A DNA stretch of 44,317 bases, the filler included, from Catajapyx aquilonaris (lineage: Eukaryota): NCBI GenBank assembly GCA_000934665.2. It is 2 parts of 2 records of this genome, joined end to end, with 100 filler letters (N's around TTAATTAATTAA, not from the genome) between each part and the next. Parts side by side here need not be neighbours in the genome. Positions count along the whole stretch, not along the records: positions 22,206 to 44,317 come from JYFJ02005923.1; 1 more part is not named here. The stretch is one strand, 5' to 3'. The position numbers and the translations under genes are program-made. Positions within the stretch are counted from its first letter, which is position 1, and each line of letters begins with the position of its first letter. The notes below the pieces were generated by a model. The model worked only from the letters and a program-made list of their open reading frames with translations, searched no databases and was not told the origin of the DNA. Positions 36,021-44,317 of this stretch are shown in pieces.

Positions 36021-37520
36021 GATAGAGGACACATCATTGTTTGGGCTGTCTACTTTAGTTGCATAGATTCTGTCTTGGAATTGTGGAGGTGGAAATTCAT
36101 GAGCCAAGCTCAAAATCATGAAATTCCTAGATTGCTTAAGAATCTGGTCGTCTGAAGCATTGAACATAATTATTTTAATATTGATTGGGATAAATGAGTA
36201 TAAATTAGACTATTAGGCATGTGAATCATCTTGTTCTGTGGGGCGATGAGACGGCTGGAAGGCATTCTAGAATAGTGGTCGGGATTTTCTGGCTTTCGGA
36301 ATTTTTTGTTACTTTCATGAACCAAAATTGTGACATTCCGTTGTTAGTCAATTACTGCATTACTTGTATTCCTTAACTATGTTCTTAAGCTTGGATAGTT
36401 AGTTGTTTTACTATAGTAAAGTTACCGGTATTTGAGTATCACGCACTTACATGTCGGCCTTCAACCGGTATTTTATGGGTCTGTCTGAAAGCGTGAAAGG
36501 TTCCTCGAATATAGACTACTTGGGGGGTAATTACTGAATAATGAAAATAATAATCAAATAACTTATCTAGAAGGACGGATTTTTCGAGTCAGTTATTCTC
36601 ACACTAGAAAAGTATTGACACAAATTATTGTCAAATGTACAACAGGGCACTAATCATGTGAATCTTGGATCTTGATCTCAGATCTCATGTGCACGTAATT
36701 ATCAGGGTACGTCTTTACGATCACGTTGGGCCAAAAAATTACTCATGAGGTTCGCGTTGCTATGTGTGGTGAACAAGTTTTTATGTGTTAAGTATATGGA
36801 GTCGTGTTTTTTTTTACCTCAATCTGCAGAAACGTGAGGTAGACAATAATACCGAGGTAAAGTAACTTTTTAGGAAGGAAAAAAAGAAAATCGTCCGCAA
36901 TGAAGGGTGAAAAACGAACCCACGAGAACAAGGATTTAAAGAAGTTAGTATTTGTTTAAAAAATGGCACAGGTTTTATTGCAGGGGTTCCACAAAATTTT
37001 GTCGAGAAAGAATGTTCCGCGAGAACAACAAAATTGAAGACAGCTCCATTTCAAATTACTCATTTCAAATTAGAGAAGCCTCCATACAAATTTACAATAG
37101 TAAATTAATGTAATCATTTATTAATAAAATATCTCAACAATGGCTGAATTACTATAAATTAGTGCAAAAATAAGGTAATTAACTTAATTTTCATGCATTA
37201 CATTGTGTGATAGGGCCAAGGCATGAATATGGACTCTAGTATACCCATAAGAAAAGTACTGGTAATATAATTATATACCTATACTTCCACTACTTTCACT
37301 ACACACATTAATATGAATAAGATTACTATTAGTGTCCCAATACTGTATGGCGTCCCATAACTGTATGGTTTACCCCTACCTGTTTATTTCAAAGGGCTTG
37401 GAATGTGCATTATCATATTGTTTATTTCGAGCAAACTACTTGCGATGGTTGCGGAATGTGCACATCCGATAAAAGGAAGGACCCAACCATAATGTCCAAG
37501 ATTTGTAATTCTATAAACAA

Positions 37521-37826
37521 CTAGCAGGTTACCCGGCGTTGCCCGGGTATGTTATGGTGGTAGGCCTACAATGTAATGAGGGCATTACCATGGAAATCTA
37601 TGAATATTGTTAAATAGGTAATTGATAATTGGTTAATTGGGAATATGCGTGTTATGGGTGTTAGGTTCATTTTCGGAAGCTGAAACATGCGGCATTAAAT
37701 TCCTTGAAAAATGTAACCCCCGATATGCTAATTTAAGGCGGTGTAGGGGCCTTCCCCCGGATTTCTATAAGGGACAAACATCCAAACATCCAAACTGACA
37801 AACTTCCTTATTTATAGAGATAGAGA
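37521..37826 (-). mobile_element. Non-autonomous Helitron
   Basis: Minus strand: 5' TC, short (GTTTGGAT)n-type repeat, subterminal hairpin CCCGG-GCAACG-CCGGG, 3' CTAG followed by T; no TSD. Confidence 0.85.
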
Positions 37827-37910
37827 TAGAATATCCTAAAACTTCGGAGGTACAGGCACAAAATATTTTGAAGAGGAAAATAGTATTAGCCGTCATTCTT
37901 TAACCGTTTA

Positions 37911-38402
37911 TTTTAGGGGCCGTAGCCCCTAAGTAAGACCGTAGCATAGCATTTCAACAATGAATTTTTCCAACATCTTCTTTTTCTTCTTCTTCTTGTT
38001 GTTGTTACATTTTTTTATTCGCCCTAACTCAAGTTCTGCTGTAGGTAGAGCTTCCAAATTTTGAACACAGATCCCCACCGTCGTGAAGTGCATTCCTACC
38101 ATTTACAGCTAAACTCAATGCCTCTTCAAAACGCCGCAAAAAATTAAAAACCACTAAATATTTCGTTTCTATTTTTTTTATCAATAATAATTCGGAATTT
38201 GGTTTCTTCATCAAAGGGCCGAATGCGCAGTAGGATGGTGCGGATCTATGTTCAAAACCTGACAGTTCCACCTGCTGTAAGATTTAAGGTATGATTTTTT
38301 CACCCATTTTTTCCATCAAATACTTCATTTGTTCATGATTCCATCACCTAGCATTGTCAATTCTTATTTACACCTCGCCATATTGTTAGCGAAATATTAC
38401 CC
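37911..38402 (+). repeat. Helentron/HINE-like repeat, copy 3
   Basis: Homologous to 20835 and 21624; 5' hairpin variant AGGGGC-CGTA-GCCCCT. Confidence 0.8.
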
Positions 38403-38899
38403 CGCTGCTCTGGGGTGAACAGATTGTACTGATTACAGTTGAATCAGGATATAACAGCCTCGGCTATAACAGACTTTTGGTTATAAAGGCCGGCCCCGGC
38501 ATGCTTCCATAAGGCCCTGTGTATTTTACTCCTGATTTAACAGACTCATTTTCACCTCACCTCGGGTATAACACCATTTCTTGGCCCTCGGTGGGAAAAT
38601 CTTGTTTTCCAGGTATAAAATTTGCACAAAGTAGACGGCAGATGAAAATTTCGGATATTTTGGTCCTGCATAATCTTCGGGTGAGCTAATATTGCATTTT
38701 TGACCGATTTCATTAATCGGTATGTAGTCTAGTAGTGGCGCATATTGGAGCCATATGGAAAGCAGAAATCTCTTTTCATTGCGTGACGATTTGGCTATAA
38801 CAGACTTTTTCCTCAGTCTCTTGAAGTTTGTTTTATACGGATTCATACATACTATTAACCCCTTCGCTACCTGCTATATCGCCATCGCCAGGTATTACC

Positions 38900-39185
38900 G
38901 GCCAACTCTTAAGCTAATTTAATTATGAAATTATGTTACAGTATGCGGAATATCTACCTTGAGAAATGTACCAGACGAATTTGCTGAAATCGTCGCATTT
39001 CGCGAAAATTAAATTAGTTTGGGAGTTTTCAGATATGACGGAAGCAAGCCGCAGATAAGTATTGATTTAATTCTTGCAAAGTACCGAGATTTCAGCAAAT
39101 TCGTCTGGAACAGTTCTCAATGTATATATTCCGTATATTTTACAGGATAGGTTATTTCATAATTAAATCAGCCTAACCGTTGGCC
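38900..39185. mobile_element. Foldback MITE with about 110-bp imperfect arms
   Basis: GGCCAAC...TTAATTATGAAAT...CCAGACGAATTTGCTGAAATC pairs with GATTTCAGCAAATTCGTCTGG...ATTTCATAATTAA...GTTGGCC. Confidence 0.7.
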
Positions 39186-39233
39186 TGTAGCACTCGAATT
39201 TGGAGATTCGACTTGTGGAAGTTTTATTGTATA

Positions 39234-39912
39234 TTGAAACAAGGCAGGCGCACGAAAGACCTTCACCAATTGATTTAAGCTGTACCATCGGTCTTACTCA
39301 AGCAATTCTGAAGGACTGTATGAAACGGCTCGTAAAAATTACTGCTGCAAACTACTCAGAGCAGTAGGCAGGGTTTTATTTTGAAAAGAAAAAAAATGAG
39401 AAAAAAAACTAAACCCATCCTCACAGACTTGGAAATCTTCGCTCCTGAAAATGCAGAATCCAATCGTAAAAGACCCTCTAAAATTCACCAATTTACGTTT
39501 ACATGTGAAAAATTAAAAATTAGAATTAAAATCAGCATCTAAAAGAGGCGACGATTCTGCCTAAATGTTTCATGGCAATATAATTCTCACCAATCTTATA
39601 GAAATTCAATGTGCTTAATATTGAAGTTCCTAATTTCAGAAAACACTTATAATTATGGAGTGGCTCATGGAAAATTAATGGGTGGAATTTTCGTCGTACT
39701 ACTATTAACTATAGTTACTGCTAACTTAGCAGTACCATTGCACTGCACTAGTACTGCTAAGTTAGAAGTAACTAGTAGTATGACAAAAATTCCACAAATT
39801 TGTTTTCAGAAAGGAGATTTCACGAGTAGTAAATTGGAGATTGCTTGAGTAAGACCTGTGGTACAGCTTAAATCAATTGGTGAAGGTCTTACGTGCGCCT
39901 GCCTTGTTTCAG
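39234..39912. mobile_element. TA-flanked MITE with about 73-bp TIRs
   Basis: TGAAACAAGGCAGGCGCACG.AAGACCTTCACCAATTGATTTAAGCTGTACCA..GGTCTTACTCAAGCAAT at both ends; TA flanks. Confidence 0.85.
39682..39795. mobile_element. Palindromic mini-MITE, family GTGGAATTTTCGTC, copy 3 (nested)
   Basis: Same termini and TAGTTACTGCTAACTTAGCA core as copy 1. Confidence 0.75.
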
Positions 39913-41074
39913 TACCTTCATTCCGCCACGGAGGTCTTACTACCCTTTTTTGCACTGAAGGGAATGTTTTTACTCTTATACGACTATCGACTATTACTCT
40001 TATACTTATATATTAGTTGCAATAATTGAACAACTCTGCTTTGTTGCTCCGATTGGGTAAAATAATAAATTATTTCAGTTAATCCATTTAATGAAACATA
40101 TCGTGCAAAGGCAATAGAAATAAGCTAATTTCAAGCATATTTTCAAGCGTCGGAAATATGCTATTTTCCTATTTAAATGAGTGCATTACCCCCTGTATTC
40201 ATTTATGAAGAACATTTACGAAGTTGGTTAATCTGTTCAAATTCTGCGAATTTTGTCCTAATTAAGTGCTTTGATACAAAAAAAAAGTTGATTGAAGCTA
40301 GTTCCATCTGTCCCGGACGAAGTACGAGCGTGCTGCGTCATGTTTGAAACCGAGTGCTCTACAATTGCGATAGGTTTGATCGAGGTCTCTCCTCATTGGG
40401 GCGAGCTGAAGGGTTAATTTGGGAATAGCAGACCCTGTGAAGTGGTAACGGATTCTAATGGTGGGCAAGCAGAGAGTGAAATCATGTGTAGTAATTGTTA
40501 AACAAACAGTTTCTCTCCATCATGTCAATAAATACCCCGCCTATGTGTCGGCATAGGACAACAAATCGAACAAAGGGTTAATAGCTATAGGGGTCGCGTT
40601 CTTGACAATCAAAGCTTTATGGTATTTCCGCTGATGATCGATAGTTGCAAATAGATCCAGCCTTTGTGCTATAAAATTCCTATAGGCCTTTCTGGTTTGC
40701 AGATATTACATGCTCCGCGAGCCAAAAACATGGATTGCATCAGCTTGCCACATAATTGTCAACGGAGCTTTTCACTTGAATACAAGCCTCTGCTCTGTTC
40801 GATAAGAATGGTTTCGATGCTATTTATTGATTCAGTCATTGTTTTTTATATGATGTCAATAAAATTGGCTCGAATTTTTAAATCACAAAGCTGTACAATC
40901 ATGCATCAGCTATGAGCCTAAGTTTATGGCCGCATGCGATAAATCATTGACGCGAACCTTGCAGTAAAAAGTGTCGTTATTTAACTGCACAGAGCCTTAT
41001 TGTTTATAATCTGTATCAATTATACAGTGAAATTCACAAGTCTGTATGGACCCATAGGAGTTTCCTGTTACAAC

Positions 41075-41375
41075 CAAAGAGGTCTGCTATAATAGTCTAT
41101 AATTATATAATATACATACGTAGACTCGTAGAGGAAGTATTCCATATCCTTTCCCATTAGCCAGGCTGAGGCAGCCGCCATCTTTACTATGGGCATATTG
41201 TATTCTGACAGTTGTCTAGCAACTGGGACAACAACCAATAATGACAACTGGTATGACAATATTAGTCCAATAATGTCAAGCGTCCGCCATCTTCACTATG
41301 GGCATATTGTTGCCTGCATTTCACCCCGAGTGCTCTCTCTAGGTATTATATTATATATTATAGCAGAACTCTTTG
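41075..41375. mobile_element. P-superfamily-like MITE (301 bp)
   Basis: TIR CAAAGAG(G/T)TCTGCTATAATA; exact 8-bp TSD GTTACAAC (41067-41074, 41376-41383); two internal CCGCCATCTT..CTATGGGCATATTGT repeats; inserted into a small hairpin element (about 41047-41428). Confidence 0.75.
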
Positions 41376-42751
41376 GTTACAACAATAATGTTACTACAAC
41401 AATGTAATAGGAAACTTCCATGGGACCAGCTTGAGGGACACCCTTTATAACGCAAACAGCTGGATCCTTAAAATGTGGGTTCAAGTCCATTGGTTAAAAC
41501 ATACGAGCTATAGGCATACTTTAAAATCAAAATGTCGGATACCAAAATAATAACTATTATAGGCCCATTGAATCCAGAATGAGTCTTTTGGGCTTTTGAG
41601 TATAGTTAGCTGTGCCTTTTTGGCAACAATGATAAATACAAAAAAGCAACATTCTAAGTGAAATTATTATAGTTCATTTGTACAAAGTTAATGTTGTCAA
41701 AAGTGGTTTAATCGGTTATTGACCTCCAATGGCCTCATTACTGGAGAGCAAGAACTAAATTTAGCAATTAACTTGTGCGTATTATAACAATGCATGTTGC
41801 ATCCTGTTGTGAAAATGCCATGTAGGCCACATGATTTCTATAAAAAAATGCTCGTTATCAGCCAACGCAAAAATTCTTGCTATAATACAATAGAGCTATT
41901 TTTTCTGTTCACGACTGTTGCCCTGGCGCTGTACCCGTAAGTAGGGCACGTAGCCTGGAGATATGCGACTTGAACCGGATCATATAAGACGAAGAGCCAT
42001 GGTACTTTTTGTACCCATGCTGCTGCACTATGCACTTCGGAATTAATCACCCCAAAACTGTTTAGCTGCATTTTCAACCATAATGTGATTTTGTGGCCAG
42101 TAGCTTTTTGGATGAGATTTTGAGGATTTTTTCATAGGCTATACGCAATAAATTGGTTAACTGACACACGTGTTTCCCTGGTTCAACTCTGAGTCTCTGA
42201 CACTAAATGCCACTTCGATGTCTTCCAGGACACCTTGAGCAGGGTATCTACCACTATAACAAGCCATTAAGATCACACTTCGTACATTATTATCATTACG
42301 CCACTCTGAAGTGGAACATTAATATGTCCATCTCATAGTACTAAACGTAATATTGAGAGTACTTTATTGGACACCGGCGATGATGAACAGTTGACTCTCG
42401 AACATTAACGAAACATTCTCAATTTTAGTGTATTGTATTTCTCGTAGTATTCTATTATTGTTGATCAGTGTCAATATATTATTTCGAACCACGCGGAACC
42501 ACCTTTTAACATCGGAAAATCAGTTTTACCTTGCGTTGTATGACTTACGGGGTCACAGAACTAGTTATGAATTTATCCGAACTACATTTTTGAACCAAAA
42601 TTAGTGAAATTACAATGACAAACTCCTGTATAGGCTTCACCTACTGTATAGCCATGGATTCCTACAGTTTTCGGCCAATAAGCAAATCCATTGCTTTGGT
42701 AGGCCCGATTTTTACTTGAACAAAATAGGTGCTGGTAAAATAATGAGTTTG

Positions 42752-42874
42752 CCCGGAAAATTTATCTGACCGAAGAGGAGCCCGGTTAGTTTGTTATTCA
42801 TTGTTGTCAACAATTCTGTCAACAATGAATAACAAACTATCCTGGCTCTTCTTCGCCCAGACAAATTTTCCGGG
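42752..42874. repeat. About 123-bp imperfect palindrome (MITE relic)
   Basis: CCCGGAAAATTT.TCTG..CGAAGA.GAGCC.GG.TAGTTTGTTATTCATTGTTG pairs with its reverse complement. Confidence 0.75.
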
Positions 42875-43586
42875 ATCCGCAACCCGACCAATGAAATGCA
42901 TCATTTCCGTAAATCTGTCCGGCAACCTGCAGAACTGCGATAAACTGTGACAAAGGCGATTTTTAAAAAGCAGAATTATTTTGAGAAACTAAAAAGGGGA
43001 TGCAAGGTGTATAAGGAACTTTATCCTGATGAAATTATTTCGCGGGATTTTCTTTCTGTCACCTTGGTGCATAAGGGCAAAACAATGGACCAAAAATTGA
43101 AGTGATTTTAACTCGACTGATATCACATTTTAAAAGCTTCAAACAACTGTTACTCAGCAGAAAATCTTGCAAGACTATAGTGCTACAAGTCGTTGTTGGA
43201 TGAAATTTGGCCCTACAGAACATCCTTCTAGCACCTAGGTTAACATCAACGTACGTACTGTAAGCGATTAACAGAATGGCAACTAACACCATAAACTGTC
43301 CCATGATAATATTCCATTGTTTTTATTAGATTTTAAAGGGCACTTACAGTACAACTATGCACTGTACAATATTATTGTAAAGGACCACATATGTCGCTGC
43401 AATATCCTTCAAAAATTTTAGACTATCTATAGTTTGATTTTATCATTGATAGCCCCACCTATGGTGAGCCACCTATATGAAAAGGGCCGGCGGCGGCGGC
43501 ATTTATTTTTTATTTGGCATATTTCGATATTTTCCGTTGTTTTGCACCGAAAAACGACACTGATATCCCCCTCACTTCCCCTAAAG

Positions 43587-43935
43587 CAGCGTTCGGCAAC
43601 CCGCGGCCCGGCGACACATTCACGTATTTAAAAAATAAACATATGAAAATAAATAATCCGTTTGAATCGGCCGCCTTCACTTTGGCCAGCCCAGCACAGA
43701 GGACACCACCTACCCCTGGTAACAGCTCACCTGGTAACCTTGCGCTTTGGTTCCCACGGTTCCCACAAGTCCCTGGTTTTCCCTGGTTCAGGTCGAAAAT
43801 GTAAGTCTACTGTGCAAGAGCAACTGGTGCAATAGTAAGCTGTTAATAATAATTATGTAATACAGAGTAAATTGGCTGTGAGTAACATTTTTGTGTTAAG
43901 TTATAATTCTTTGCGTGTGGGGCCAGGTGTGAAGG

Positions 43936-43976
<41 letters not shown>

Positions 43977-44009
43977 GGCCCTCCGTGGTTAAAAAGTTGC
44001 CGGCCGCTG
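43587..44009. mobile_element. hAT/Charlie-type MITE
   Basis: TIR CAGCG..CGGCAAC; exact 8-bp TSD CCCTAAAG (43579-43586, 44010-44017). Confidence 0.9.
43938..43973. repeat. (GA)18 microsatellite inside the hAT MITE
   Basis: Perfect dinucleotide run. Confidence 0.95.
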
Positions 44010-44317
44010 CCCTAAAGTCTTGAGGGCAGGCGTATAGATGGACACTTACGTTTTAACTGCAATTTGCATCCGGGCTTTTCTCCTCATAAATGACTACCGT
44101 GACTTTAATTTTATTGTATTAATATGCAATCGCATATAACAACGTACCGAAACTAGGCCAAATAATCTGGTTAGAATAATATTGAAGAGTATTGCCTCTA
44201 TATATACTGTAATATATAAAACAACATTATGTGCATGCCATTGTTTTCGCCCTTCCCATCATTCCAGTGATGACCTAAATTAATGGTAGCAATGATGACG
44301 ACACAAAATCCCCCTCC

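Noticed and set aside
38855..40416. piggyBac element from TTAACCCCTTCG to GAAGGGTTAA
   Set aside because: The ends match for only a few bases and a second AGGGTTAA lies at about 40575; the pairing is not defensible.
41430..42315. Ulp1-protease-like words on the minus strand (WRND, HW, LDS, VPQ)
   Set aside because: They fall in different frames, the spacing is mostly too long, and there is no catalytic DCG motif; compatible with chance.
1..44317. CRISPR array or prokaryotic operon/defence system
   Set aside because: The sequence is intron-containing eukaryotic DNA; no regularly spaced repeat-spacer array or dense ORF cluster is present.

Overview
Eukaryotic (invertebrate-like) genomic DNA. 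The only well-supported host gene is an 8-exon scavenger receptor class B / CD36-family gene (+ strand, 10983-17089, about 501 aa, all GT-AG introns in consistent phase). It has lost both cysteines of one canonical CD36 disulfide. Most other recognisable sequence is transposon debris: Tc1/mariner, pogo-like, PIF/Harbinger, hAT, Kolobok-like, Academ-like and P-superfamily non-autonomous elements, Helitron/Helentron-like repeats, a tRNA-derived SINE and LINE relics. The most unusual area is a nested stack of inverted repeats at about 26.6-33.8 kb. It contains a P/THAP9-derived foldback element with three termini and an exact 17+1+17 nt palindrome flanked by an 8-bp duplication, which looks like a P-element excision footprint. 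An artificial N-TTAATTAATTAA-N linker at 22106-22205 means the two halves may not be adjacent in the genome. Almost all ORFs in the supplied track outside the CD36 exons appear spurious. All family assignments come from recognised motifs and termini; no database searches were run.
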